Part shown: positions 49,206 through 58,744 of the stretch, piece by piece | How positions within the stretch are numbered: the stretch's first letter is position 1 | Layout: each line of letters starts with the position of its first letter | IMG/VR virus record: IMGVR_UViG_3300007863_000001 | Coordinates: 35,693 to 99,692 of that record | Origin: a virus | Direction: 5' to 3' (one strand) | Length of the DNA: 64,000 bases | Position numbers and translations under genes: made by a program | Notes under the pieces: generated by a model | The model's database searches: none | Seen by the model: only the letters and a program-made list of their open reading frames with translations | What the model was told of the DNA's origin: nothing

Positions 49206-50895
49206 TTTTTTATCAACAGGAAATAATTTTACAGAGATTGATTTTAATGAATCAAAGACAACACTGATTATAGGTTCTAATGGAAGTGGTAAGTCCACTT
49301 TGTTAGATGCCTTATGCTTTGGTCTTTTTAATAAAGCATTTAGAAAAATCACAAAAAGTCAGTTAATAAATTCTACAAACGATAAAGGAACATTAGTAGA
49401 AGTAGAATTTGAGACTAATAATAATAACTGGAAAGTTCGTAGAGGAATTAAACCAGCCATCTTTGAAATATATAAAGACGGTGAAGTTCTTGATCAGTTG
49501 GCATCAGTAAATGATCAGCAAGACTGGTTGGAAAAAAATATTCTTAAGTTAAATTATAAATCTTTCACTCAGATTGTTATTCTTGGTAGTGCTTCATTTA
49601 TTCCTTTTATGCAATTGACAGCATCTAATAGGAGAGAAATTGTTGAAGATCTGCTTGATATAAAAATATTTTCTTCAATGAATGTTATTCTAAAGGAGAA
49701 ACTTAAGGTAACAATTGATAAAGTTAAAGACTTGAATGCAAAGCATAGTATTTTGGAAGAAAAATATTCTATGCAAAATAACTTCCTTCTAGAGATTGAG
49801 AAGAGTGGAAGAGAGACGATGGATGGGAAACAAGATTATATTGATAAATTGCATAAAGAAACTGATGTACTGACAAATAAGAATTCTGACTTGTTGGAAT
49901 ACATTGAAGGTCAACTTCAACCAGAATTAGAGAGTCTTAGTTCTTCTAAAAAAACCTTAAAAAAGTTAAGTATAATTAAGGCAAAATTAGAGCAACGGAT
50001 ACAAACTATTGATACTGAATATAACTTTTTTAAGGAAAATACGGTTTGCCCAACCTGTACTCAAAGTATTGAGAATCAATTTCGCCTAGATAAAATTGTA
50101 GACATTGAAAAAAAATCTAAAGAACTCAATGACGGATACAAGGAACTTGAGGACACAATCAATGTAGAACAAGAAAAGGAGAAGAAATTTTTAACCTATT
50201 CTACGGAGATTACAAAACTCAATAATGAAATTTCAAACAACCATGTTACTATTTCTGGGATTAATAGACAAATCAAAAATCTTAGAAATGAAATTCAAGA
50301 CATTACCGATAGACTTGCAAAGAAGAATATTGAACGGGACCTGTTAGAAGATATATCAAAAAAAATAAAAAGAGTTGAAATTGATAGGGCAAAGTATAAT
50401 GAACTTTATTCTTATTACGAATTTACTCAAGGTTTGCTTAAAGATGGTGGGGTAAAGAAAAAAATTATAAAAAAATATCTTCCATTGATGAATCAGCAAA
50501 TCAATAAGTACCTTCAGATGATGGACTTATTCATCAACTTTAATCTTGATGAAGAGTTCAATGAATCTATTAAGACACCGATACATGAGGATTTTTCTTA
50601 CCCTTCTTTTAGTGAAGGTGAGAAAATGAGAATTAATCTTGCTCTTCTCTTTACTTGGAGAGAAATTGCTAAGATGAAAAATTCTGTGAGTACAAATCTT
50701 CTTATTCTCGATGAAGTCTTTGATAGTTCTTTGGATGGGAATGGTATTGATTATTTTACAAAGATTATTAGATACGTTCTTACTGATGCAAATATACTAG
50801 TAATCTCACATAAGACAGATGAGATGATTGACCTATTTGATAAGACAATTAAATTTGATAAAGTTAAAGGATTTAGTAAGATTGTTTCCTGTTGA
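49174..50895 (+). CDS. gp46: recombination ATPase gp46 (SbcC/Rad50-like)
   Basis: GSNGSGKS, CPTC zinc hook, FSEGEKMR, LILDE. Confidence 0.96.
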   Translation: MITFKKIRFCNFLSTGNNFTEIDFNESKTTLIIGSNGSGKSTLLDALCFGLFNKAFRKITKSQLINSTNDKGTLVEVEFETNNNNWKVRRGIKPAIFEIYKDGEVLDQLASVNDQQDWLEKNILKLNYKSFTQIVILGSASFIPFMQLTASNRREIVEDLLDIKIFSSMNVILKEKLKVTIDKVKDLNAKHSILEEKYSMQNNFLLEIEKSGRETMDGKQDYIDKLHKETDVLTNKNSDLLEYIEGQLQPELESLSSSKKTLKKLSIIKAKLEQRIQTIDTEYNFFKENTVCPTCTQSIENQFRLDKIVDIEKKSKELNDGYKELEDTINVEQEKEKKFLTYSTEITKLNNEISNNHVTISGINRQIKNLRNEIQDITDRLAKKNIERDLLEDISKKIKRVEIDRAKYNELYSYYEFTQGLLKDGGVKKKIIKKYLPLMNQQINKYLQMMDLFINFNLDEEFNESIKTPIHEDFSYPSFSEGEKMRINLALLFTWREIAKMKNSVSTNLLILDEVFDSSLDGNGIDYFTKIIRYVLTDANILVISHKTDEMIDLFDKTIKFDKVKGFSKIVSC

Positions 50896-50920
50896 CCTTT
50901 GTCCTCAGGTTTGCTATAAT
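50892..50920 (+). promoter_or_regulatory. sigma70-type early promoter
   Basis: TTGACC-17nt-TATAAT with extended -10 TG. Confidence 0.8.
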
Positions 50921-50953
50921 TGATTTGACATGTTATATCCTTGGAGTTATTGA

Positions 50954-51391
50954 ATGTGTAAAGACAGTGAAGATAAAATTGAATTGGATGGGTATTCTGT
51001 GAGAGATAGTGGTTATCTTTATGGTTCTTCTGAATATTATCCAGAAGAAGGGGGATTAGATTTAGATTTTTCTAGGTATAATACGGAAAGACACTATGAT
51101 GTAATTGAATTTAATAATGATATTGACTGGAAATATAATGAAGGTAATATTTTAAAAGAACTTGAAAGTTACTTAATATCTACCTATAGTCAGCATTATG
51201 TTGACAAAAACTCAAGTTCAGACCAGACTCTAGACAAGATTAAACATAGTCGTCGTGAGGGTTTCTTTGGTGGTAATGTTGTCAAATATATTGACCGTTA
51301 CGACAGCAAAGGAACCCCTAGACAAGACCTCTTCAAGGTACTACACTATACAATCCTCCTAATCAATCATTTGGAACTTATTGAAAATTGA
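50954..51391 (+). CDS. DUF3310/SaV-like protein
   Basis: TYSQHY..GF..GNVVKYIDRY..K...DL.K..HY. Confidence 0.7.
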   Translation: MCKDSEDKIELDGYSVRDSGYLYGSSEYYPEEGGLDLDFSRYNTERHYDVIEFNNDIDWKYNEGNILKELESYLISTYSQHYVDKNSSSDQTLDKIKHSRREGFFGGNVVKYIDRYDSKGTPRQDLFKVLHYTILLINHLELIEN

Positions 51392-51399
51392 AATTTGCT

Positions 51400-52065
51400 A
51401 TGAAACTATCTCCTGAAACCATTACTATTCTTAAAAACTTTTCTTCTATTAACCAGTCAATTCTAGTTAAAAGTGGTTCTAAACTCAGCACTATTAGTGT
51501 GATGAAGAACATTCTTGCTGAAGCAGAAGTAAAGGAATCCTTCCCAAAGGATTTTGCAATCTATGACCTCAATCAGTTTCTGAATGGTCTTGGACTTCAT
51601 CAAGATCCAGACTTGGATTTTGAAAACAATTCTCACGTAATTATTCGTGAAGGTAAACGTCGTGTAAAATACTTTTTTGCTGATCCTGAGGTTATTGTGA
51701 CACCTCCTAATAAGGAATTGTCTCTTCCAACTGAAGATGTTTCTTTCCAACTTGAGCATTCTCAATTGGATAAGATGATTAAAGCATCTGCAGTCTATCA
51801 ACTTCCAGATCTTTCTGTTATCGGTGAAGATGGGGTTGTTAAATTGGTTGTTCGTGATAAGAAAAACGATACTTCTAATGAGTTTTCTATTATTGTTGGT
51901 GAAACTGAAAAGGTATTTACTTTCAACTTCAAGGTTGAAAATATCAAGATCATTCCAGGAACTTATGATGTACTTATTTCCCAAAAACTTCTTTCAAAGT
52001 TTACTAATGAAAAGTATAATCTAACTTATTACGTTGCACTTGAACCTGATTCTAATTTTGAATAA
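51400..52065 (+). CDS. gp45: sliding clamp gp45
   Basis: MKLS..T..ILKNFSSINQS, FAIYDLNQFL, YYVALEPDS; ATG 51400. Confidence 0.95.
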   Translation: MKLSPETITILKNFSSINQSILVKSGSKLSTISVMKNILAEAEVKESFPKDFAIYDLNQFLNGLGLHQDPDLDFENNSHVIIREGKRRVKYFFADPEVIVTPPNKELSLPTEDVSFQLEHSQLDKMIKASAVYQLPDLSVIGEDGVVKLVVRDKKNDTSNEFSIIVGETEKVFTFNFKVENIKIIPGTYDVLISQKLLSKFTNEKYNLTYYVALEPDSNFE

Positions 52066-52067
52066 TT

Positions 52068-52784
52068 ATGTCTGATTATTTTCTTAGAAAAATTCTTGAT
52101 GATGATCAAGTAAAAATTGCAAAAGAATTAGTGTCCAATTTACGATGGGCTCATGGCACTGGTTCTTTTGGATATAATGATGACAAAATGAATGAAGATG
52201 AACTTCTTAGAAAAAAAGTCAGTATAAAAAACAATTTTGAATCAGTAGGACCAATTACTTCAATAGAAAAACTTGATGAAATTATTCACAGTTCTTTAGA
52301 TACCGATGATGCGTATTTAGATTATACTTCTGCATGGTATTCTGGAAAACCTTTATATAGTAAAATGGGACATGGTGGTTATTTTAGATCTCATCATGAT
52401 AATCATAAAAACGGTCATTTTAGCACTACTGTATTTCTAAGTAATCCAGATGAGTATGAAGGAGGTGAGTTGGCATTATGTACCAGTTCAGGAATCGAAA
52501 CATTTAAACCACCTGCTGGTTATGCTGTGACGTATACTACTGGGACACCACATGAGGTAAAGGAAGTAGTAAATGGTATAAGGTATGTTGGAATATTTTG
52601 GACTAAGAGTCTATTTGTAGATCCTTTTATTAGAGATTTGTATACAAGTATTTCTCAACTAGAAAGGTCTCTTCCTGATAAAACTCATGACACAATAGAG
52701 GATGCAATGAAAGACCCTCAATTTGTTCTCCAAGGAATTCTATATAAGTTGAAGAGACATTATACTAGTGATGGTATGTACTAA
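52068..52784 (+). CDS. PKHD-type 2OG-Fe(II) hydroxylase
   Basis: HHDN..FSTTVFLSNPDEYEGGEL..PHEV..RYV. Confidence 0.85.
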   Translation: MSDYFLRKILDDDQVKIAKELVSNLRWAHGTGSFGYNDDKMNEDELLRKKVSIKNNFESVGPITSIEKLDEIIHSSLDTDDAYLDYTSAWYSGKPLYSKMGHGGYFRSHHDNHKNGHFSTTVFLSNPDEYEGGELALCTSSGIETFKPPAGYAVTYTTGTPHEVKEVVNGIRYVGIFWTKSLFVDPFIRDLYTSISQLERSLPDKTHDTIEDAMKDPQFVLQGILYKLKRHYTSDGMY

Positions 52785-53491
52785 TGAGTGATTATTATGT
52801 GAGGAAAGTTTTAACTGACTATCAAGTTCATAAAATACATGAATTAATTAATGATAGTAGTAGTTATTGGGAATCTGGTCTTAGAACCTTTGGTACAAGT
52901 GAACGACATAAAAAAATAAAAAGTAATGAAGAACTGACTGGTCCACAAGAGATATTACAAAAAATTTATGATATTACTTGGCAAGGAATTGATAATGACT
53001 TAAAGTTTTTTTCATTTACTGCACCTGATGTTAGTGAAGTACCAATGATAACAAGGACTACTCCTGGTGGAAGATACAGATTACATCATGATGACCCAGA
53101 TAATGGTGATTTTAGCACTACTATTTTTTTATCCGATCCTGATACTTATGATGGTGGTGAATTAGTTCTTAAAACTATTGGAGGACCGTTGCAATTTAAA
53201 TTACCAGCAGGACATGCTATAACATACAAGACTGGTATTCCACACCAAGTAAATCTAGTCTCTAGTGGTGTTAGGTATGTAACTGTATTTTGGACTACTA
53301 CAAAATTTAAAAACCCCAATATTAGAAAAATATGGGGAGATATTAAATATGTTTGTAAGTTATTAGAGCAAAAGCATGGATATGATGCTTTTCCAATAAT
53401 AGAAAATATTGATGAATCGGATGATAATCCACGTTTTCTATTGGATACTGTATTAAATAATATTGAAAGAGACTTTAAACAAAATTTGTAA
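52784..53491 (+). CDS. PKHD-type 2OG-Fe(II) hydroxylase (paralog of upstream gene)
   Basis: HHDD..FSTTIFLSDPDTYDGGEL..PHQV..RYV. Confidence 0.85.
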   Translation: MSDYYVRKVLTDYQVHKIHELINDSSSYWESGLRTFGTSERHKKIKSNEELTGPQEILQKIYDITWQGIDNDLKFFSFTAPDVSEVPMITRTTPGGRYRLHHDDPDNGDFSTTIFLSDPDTYDGGELVLKTIGGPLQFKLPAGHAITYKTGIPHQVNLVSSGVRYVTVFWTTTKFKNPNIRKIWGDIKYVCKLLEQKHGYDAFPIIENIDESDDNPRFLLDTVLNNIERDFKQNL

Positions 53492-53496
53492 TTATT

Positions 53497-54447
53497 ATGT
53501 CTATTCGTGATGAATTTCTTTGGGTTGAGAAATATCGACCCAAGACTATTGAAGAATGTATTCTCCCAGAGAATATCAAAAAAACTTTCCAAGATTTTGC
53601 TGAACGTGGAGAGATTCCTAATATGCTTCTTGCAGGTTCTGCAGGATGTGGAAAAACGACTGTCGCAAAAGCACTATGCAATGAAATCGGAGTAGATTAT
53701 TATGTCATCAATGGATCCGATGAGGGACGATTCCTTGATACCGTCAGAAATAATGCGAAAAACTTTGCTTCGACCGTATCGCTTACGTCAACTGCAAAAC
53801 ACAAAGTCATCATCATTGATGAGGCAGATAACACAACCAATGATGTACAACTCCTCTTACGGGCGTTTACTGAGGAGTTTAGTGGCAACTGCCGATTCAT
53901 CCTCACATGTAACTATAAAAACAAAATCATTGAACCCCTCCACTCCCGATGTGCAGTCGTTGAGTTTGGAATCAAAGGAAAGGACAAACCAAAAATTGCG
54001 GCATCCTTCTTTCAACGTATCCAACAAATCTTGGATGCAGAGGGTGTTGAATATGATAACAAGGTCCTGGTAGAACTTATTAATAAGCACTTCCCTGATT
54101 GGAGACGTGTATTAAATGAGTGTCAACGTTATTCTGTCAGTGGTAAAATTGACACTGGTATTCTTGCTTGTTTTTCGGAGGTAAAAACAGATGAACTTAT
54201 TAAGAACCTTAAGGAAAAAAACTTTCCCGAGGTACGGAAGTGGGTTGTTTCTAATTTGGACAATGATTCTGGTGTACTTCTTCGTCGTGTTTATGACTCT
54301 CTTTATGGCACCGTTGACGGTCCTAGCATTGCTGCTGCTGTGCTCATTGTTGCTAAGTATCAGTATCAATCTGCGTTTGTCGCAGACCAAGAAATAAACC
54401 TTTTGGCAGCATTAACAGAAATTATGGTGGAGTGTAATTTTAAATGA
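53497..54447 (+). CDS. gp44: clamp loader ATPase gp44
   Basis: WVEKYRP, GSAGCGKTT, IIDEAD, SRC motif. Confidence 0.96.
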   Translation: MSIRDEFLWVEKYRPKTIEECILPENIKKTFQDFAERGEIPNMLLAGSAGCGKTTVAKALCNEIGVDYYVINGSDEGRFLDTVRNNAKNFASTVSLTSTAKHKVIIIDEADNTTNDVQLLLRAFTEEFSGNCRFILTCNYKNKIIEPLHSRCAVVEFGIKGKDKPKIAASFFQRIQQILDAEGVEYDNKVLVELINKHFPDWRRVLNECQRYSVSGKIDTGILACFSEVKTDELIKNLKEKNFPEVRKWVVSNLDNDSGVLLRRVYDSLYGTVDGPSIAAAVLIVAKYQYQSAFVADQEINLLAALTEIMVECNFK

Positions 54448-54463
54448 ATCGTATTGAGGAATA

Positions 54464-55051
54464 ATGCCAGTACATCACTTCCATGCTCCATTTGTATATT
54501 GGGAAGCAGTGCCACGACATAATCAAATTAAATCTATTCTTTTACCTAAAATACATGCTTACAACGAACAATATGGTAAGAGAGACTTAGGTAATGCACT
54601 TAATACATTCTTCTTATCATTTGAAGATAATGTATCAGTAGTAGATAAAGGATTGATTACTGAGATTATTTGGAATCAGTTTGATAAGATGCTAGATGAA
54701 TTGAAACCATATCCCATAATAACTAAATCACATATTAAACATATATGGTATAATGTATATCAACCAGGTGACTACGTTACTGCACACTCCCATACTAATG
54801 CTGATTTCTGTGGAATGTACTTGCTAGATTGTCCTGATACTAATACTACATTATTTCATCCACATACACCATCAACCTCTTACCCATTTAGTATAGGGTC
54901 ATATTCAACACCACATATTAAAGAGGGTGATATACTATTCTGGCCATCACATCTAATGCATTCAGCAACACCATGCACATCAGAAAGAACAGTGCTAGTA
55001 TTTAATATTATTAGTGATTATACTGCTGGTTACAAATTTGACTGGGAATAA
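54464..55051 (+). CDS. 2OG-Fe(II) oxygenase
   Basis: WYNVY..HSH..FCGMY..WPSHLMH..R. Confidence 0.8.
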   Translation: MPVHHFHAPFVYWEAVPRHNQIKSILLPKIHAYNEQYGKRDLGNALNTFFLSFEDNVSVVDKGLITEIIWNQFDKMLDELKPYPIITKSHIKHIWYNVYQPGDYVTAHSHTNADFCGMYLLDCPDTNTTLFHPHTPSTSYPFSIGSYSTPHIKEGDILFWPSHLMHSATPCTSERTVLVFNIISDYTAGYKFDWE

Positions 55052-55093
55052 CAGTGGACCAAATTAAGGATTTAGAATTAATTGAGGAAACAG

Positions 55094-55270
55094 ATGAGTA
55101 AAAACAAAGAAAAATTAAAAGCACAAGTAAAGTCTAGATTTTATTATTACTTTTGGGGAATTGCTACAGTTTCTGTAGTATTGGGTCAACTTTATGTTGG
55201 TACTGGGTATAGACTAATGGCAAATGCCAATTTACAATTACAAGATCTTATTATTAGGGAGTTACGTTGA
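55094..55270 (+). CDS. small single-TM membrane protein
   Basis: GAGGA RBS, ATG 55094; FYYYFWGIATVSVVLGQLYVG hydrophobic segment. Confidence 0.7.
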   Translation: MSKNKEKLKAQVKSRFYYYFWGIATVSVVLGQLYVGTGYRLMANANLQLQDLIIRELR

Positions 55271-55563
55271 TGATTGAAGTAAAACTATTGCGTATTGTCA
55301 CTGGTGAAGAAGTGGTGGCAGAATTGGTTTCTGAAGATGAAACCACTATTACTGTGAAGAATGGTCTTGTAGTTCTTCCTACAAATACAGGTGTTGGATT
55401 TGCTCCATGGGCAACTGTGATTAGTAAAGAAAATCCAGATATTACTGTTTCACGAAGTCATATTGTTTACATTGCAGAAGTCCAAGAGGATGTTTGTAAA
55501 AAATATGATCAAATGTTTGGTAGTAAACTTGTAACACCTGACGAGAAAAAACTTATTCTTTGA
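55270..55563 (+). CDS. conserved hypothetical (Sm-like fold) protein
   Basis: VKLLRIVTGEEVVAE..FAPW. Confidence 0.75.
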   Translation: MIEVKLLRIVTGEEVVAELVSEDETTITVKNGLVVLPTNTGVGFAPWATVISKENPDITVSRSHIVYIAEVQEDVCKKYDQMFGSKLVTPDEKKLIL

Positions 55564-55567
55564 ATTG

Positions 55568-55948
55568 ATGGAACTTAAAGACTGGTTGAATAGTATTAAT
55601 CAAACAAAAAACAATCTGATTGATGAAGATTCATCGTTGGAAAAAGAATATCCTCCATATGTAGTTAATAAATGTTTATCTGGGAGCATTGATTGTGTTT
55701 TAATTGTTAATGAGATGAATGTGAATCCCTCATTGAGCAAAAAACTTCAATATGATTTTCTTATAAATACAGTCAGGGTAAAGAAGAGATTCTCTCCTTG
55801 GATCCGAAAAGAAAAAATAAAAGATATTGAAGCAGTTAAATCTTATTATGGATATAGTAATGAGAAAGCAGAACAGTCTTTGAAAATTCTTTCCGAAGAA
55901 CAACTTAATTTTATAAAACAAAAACTTGATATTGGAGGAAGAAAATGA
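55568..55948 (+). CDS. gp62: clamp loader small subunit gp62
   Basis: ELKDWLNSIN, YPPY, KRFSPW, YYGYSNEKA. Confidence 0.92.
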   Translation: MELKDWLNSINQTKNNLIDEDSSLEKEYPPYVVNKCLSGSIDCVLIVNEMNVNPSLSKKLQYDFLINTVRVKKRFSPWIRKEKIKDIEAVKSYYGYSNEKAEQSLKILSEEQLNFIKQKLDIGGRK

Positions 55949-56385
55949 GTGTAGTTCAGGAGCCTGAAGTGAATTGGACACCCAATCAAATGGTTGAGAT
56001 TGTCCTAAATGAACCAGATGATTTTTTGAAGGTTCGTGAAACTCTCACTAGAATTGGAGTGGCATCTCGCAAAGAGAAAAAGATTTATCAATCTTGTCAT
56101 ATCTTACACAAACAGGGAAAATATTATTTGGTTCACTTTAAGGAGTTATTTGCTCTTGATGGTAAACCAGCAAACCTTACATTAAATGATGTTCAAAGAA
56201 GGAATAGAATTACTCAACTTCTTGCTGACTGGGGACTAATTAGTGTAATTAATCCTGATGGGATTGCTGATATTGCACCTTTAAACCAAATTAAAGTTCT
56301 TGCATATAAAGATAAGCAAGACTGGATTTTGGAAACTAAGTATAATATTGGTTCAAAGAAAAAAATTCAAGAAGAAAATTCTTGA
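55945..56385 (+). CDS. regA: translational repressor RegA
   Basis: PDDFLKVRETLTRIG, QSCHILHKQGKYY.VHFKELF. Confidence 0.96.
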   Translation: MSVVQEPEVNWTPNQMVEIVLNEPDDFLKVRETLTRIGVASRKEKKIYQSCHILHKQGKYYLVHFKELFALDGKPANLTLNDVQRRNRITQLLADWGLISVINPDGIADIAPLNQIKVLAYKDKQDWILETKYNIGSKKKIQEENS

Positions 56386-56402
56386 AAACCGAATAAAAAT
56401 GT

Positions 56403-56426
56403 AGAGGTGGCAACACCTCTTTTTTT
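56403..56426 (+). terminator. intrinsic terminator after regA
   Basis: agaggtg-gcaa-cacctct plus T run. Confidence 0.9.
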
Positions 56427-56450
56427 ATGCTTTGTGCTGCTATATACTTA

Positions 56451-56504
56451 TGGATGCCTTCGGGGTCCACACAATCAAATCTCGCTTTAAAAGGAGAAGT
56501 ACAA
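56451..56504 (+). promoter_or_regulatory. structured hsp20 5' UTR (UUCG hairpin plus SD-sequestering hairpin)
   Basis: tggatgcc-ttcg-gggtcca; tctcgctt-taa-aaggaga pairs with the SD leaving a bulged G. Confidence 0.5.
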
Positions 56505-56939
56505 ATGGGAAACCTAATGAGGTACGGTGCTGCAGATCTTCCGCAGCTTCTGGAAAGAATCAATCGTAATAGTATTGGTATGGATGAATACTTTGATCGT
56601 CTATTTAATACACATGAAACTACAGCAAATTACCCTCCATATAATTTAATTCATGTAAGTGATACTGAATCTAAATTGGAACTTGCTCTTGCCGGGTTCA
56701 AACAGGATGAAGTTAACGTATATACTCAAGATGGAAAATTATTCATTGAGGGAAAAAGAGCAAGCACAGAGAAAGATGAGACATACATCCATAGAGGAGT
56801 GGCTCAAAGATCTTTCACCAGAGCTTGGACATTGGCAGAGGATACGGAAGTTAGATCAGTTGAGTTTGAGGCAGGGTTATTAGCAATTACACTTGGAAGA
56901 ATTGTGCCTGAACATCACCAGAGAAAGGACTGGTTTTGA
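56505..56939 (+). CDS. hsp20: small heat shock protein Hsp20
   Basis: AAGGAG RBS before ATG 56505; NYPPYN, LALAGF, HRGVAQRSF alpha-crystallin motifs. Confidence 0.95.
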   Translation: MGNLMRYGAADLPQLLERINRNSIGMDEYFDRLFNTHETTANYPPYNLIHVSDTESKLELALAGFKQDEVNVYTQDGKLFIEGKRASTEKDETYIHRGVAQRSFTRAWTLAEDTEVRSVEFEAGLLAITLGRIVPEHHQRKDWF

Positions 56940-56961
56940 TATATAATATAGTTTTTTTATA

Positions 56962-57246
56962 ATGAAAATGATTAAACCTTTTCTCTTGGGTATAAGTGCT
57001 CTTCTGATTGCAGCACCAGCAATGTCGCATCCCAGAAATCCCAGAACTAGTTGGACTTATTCATATCCCGAAAAGGATGTGATGGTTAGACGGGATTGGA
57101 AACGTTGCAAAAAAATTAAATACGTAACAAAATACGATAAGTGGGGATGGTATTCTGAGAGAAAAGTACTTCCATTAAAATCTTGTTGGGCACACCAGCA
57201 TCGTCATGGTAATGCTCAGACAAAGATTAAAGTTATTATTAATTGA
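56962..57246 (+). CDS. small basic protein with signal peptide
   Basis: MKMIK + hydrophobic core + APAMS; two Cys. Confidence 0.7.
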   Translation: MKMIKPFLLGISALLIAAPAMSHPRNPRTSWTYSYPEKDVMVRRDWKRCKKIKYVTKYDKWGWYSERKVLPLKSCWAHQHRHGNAQTKIKVIIN

Positions 57247-57290
57247 TGTATTATTGAAGGATTGGTTCCAATTGACATCTGTGCTAGAAT

Positions 57291-57317
57291 AGAGGGTGAT
57301 AAAACACCCTCTTTTTT
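57291..57317 (+). terminator. intrinsic terminator-like hairpin directly before purC ATG
   Basis: agagggtg-ataaaa-caccctct-ttttt. Confidence 0.75.
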
Positions 57318-58016
57318 ATGGAAATAATTGTAGAAGGAAAGGTAAAAACAGTGTATCAAGGTGACGATGCTGATCGTGTCATCATTGAGTATCACGATAA
57401 GGTGACTGCAGGTAACGGTGAGATGGTTGACCATCCCTTAGGAAAGGGATCCCTCTGTTGCAGTATCTCATCTATCATCTTTGAGAAACTTTCCAAAGAA
57501 CTTATCCCAACTCATTATATTAATATGGTTGGTGCTAATAAAATGATTTGTAAGAAAGTAGACATCGTTCCATTAGAAGTTATTTGTAGGAACCGTGCTG
57601 CTGGATCTATTGTTCGTGAGACAACTCTGGTAGAAGGTGCTCCACTTCCACAACCGATTGTAGAATTCTTTCTGAAGGATGATAGCAAGCATGACCCTCT
57701 CCTGACACCAGACCGTGTGCGTCTAATGGGATATGATCCAGAACCTTTCATTGAGATGACACTTCGTATCAATGATTACCTTCGTCAGATGTTTTACATC
57801 ATGGGCATTGACCTTGTAGATTTTAAAGTTGAGTATGGTTATGATGCTCATGGTGATTTGTATCTTGCCGATGAGATTAGTCCTGATAGTATGAGACTGT
57901 GGAAGATAGGCGGTGATGAACGATATGATAAAGATCTATTCAGAAACGATGAAGGTGATATCGTCCCTGCTTATCGTCAAATCCTTGATAAACTACAACC
58001 ACTTGCAATCCAATGA
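57318..58016 (+). CDS. purC: SAICAR synthetase PurC
   Basis: EGKVK, PLEVICRNRAAGS, KDD..HDP, DFKVEYG, ADEISPDSMRLW, DKDLFR. Confidence 0.96.
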   Translation: MEIIVEGKVKTVYQGDDADRVIIEYHDKVTAGNGEMVDHPLGKGSLCCSISSIIFEKLSKELIPTHYINMVGANKMICKKVDIVPLEVICRNRAAGSIVRETTLVEGAPLPQPIVEFFLKDDSKHDPLLTPDRVRLMGYDPEPFIEMTLRINDYLRQMFYIMGIDLVDFKVEYGYDAHGDLYLADEISPDSMRLWKIGGDERYDKDLFRNDEGDIVPAYRQILDKLQPLAIQ

Positions 58017-58249
58017 ACATTAAAGAAAGGAAATCACTACTTAAAACACTTGAAACTGCCTACAAGACTTGTTTTGATTGTGGTCACAAGTATGGAGTTT
58101 ATTCCGTAGGATGTTCTTCTGTTTATGAATCAAAGTGTGATGTATGTGGTGAGACAAAACCTATCACAGAAACCAGAGACTTTGGTTATTTCATCACTGG
58201 TATTCGTAAACTTAAACTAGAGATTATGGAGAGCAATGAACGATCTTAA
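58013..58249 (+). CDS. small Zn-ribbon protein
   Basis: CFDCG..CDVCG..TETRDFGY. Confidence 0.75.
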   Translation: MNIKERKSLLKTLETAYKTCFDCGHKYGVYSVGCSSVYESKCDVCGETKPITETRDFGYFITGIRKLKLEIMESNERS

Positions 58250-58475
58250 AATTTACTGCAAAACTGAAGACGACCAAACAAATATTGTTGAGTTTATTTT
58301 TTCTCAATATGATGATGTGAAAGTATGTACTTGGGAACCTGATCCGGTGGAAACCGGAACATGGGGAATGTTTGTTGATGAGTTTCCATCAGAAATGGTG
58401 GGTAAGTTAGAGAAGTATCTTGAGAGTGAAGATTCTTGGGAACTTGATGAAGAAGTTGAAATAGTATTAGAATGA
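58236..58475 (+). CDS. acidic hypothetical protein
   Basis: GGAG RBS, overlap-coupled ORF. Confidence 0.7.
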   Translation: MNDLKIYCKTEDDQTNIVEFIFSQYDDVKVCTWEPDPVETGTWGMFVDEFPSEMVGKLEKYLESEDSWELDEEVEIVLE

Positions 58476-58744
58476 AACACGAAATCCCTGAAGAGATTAA
58501 AAAGAATGCATTTGCTTGCTTCGGTAGTTTGAATGAAGCAGAGAGAGCAGTTGTTCTACTTGGTGACGAAGCATACCGTGAGTCACTAGACCTTGACAAC
58601 GATGATGCTCCTTGTTGGCAGATTCCAAGTGGAGAACACTCCACTTTTGCTGGGTGGAATCCCCAGTGTGTACCCGCCATGGAGTACATTGTATGGAAAC
58701 TAGACCGTCTTGAAAAAATTGTTAGAGGTGAAATCATTGAATAA
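58472..58744 (+). CDS. hypothetical protein
   Basis: ATGA-coupled ORF. Confidence 0.7.
   Translation: MKHEIPEEIKKNAFACFGSLNEAERAVVLLGDEAYRESLDLDNDDAPCWQIPSGEHSTFAGWNPQCVPAMEYIVWKLDRLEKIVRGEIIE

Noticed and set aside
56427-56504. N-terminal extension of Hsp20 given by the ORF track
   Set aside because: That start abuts the regA terminator and lacks an RBS; AAGGAG precedes ATG 56505
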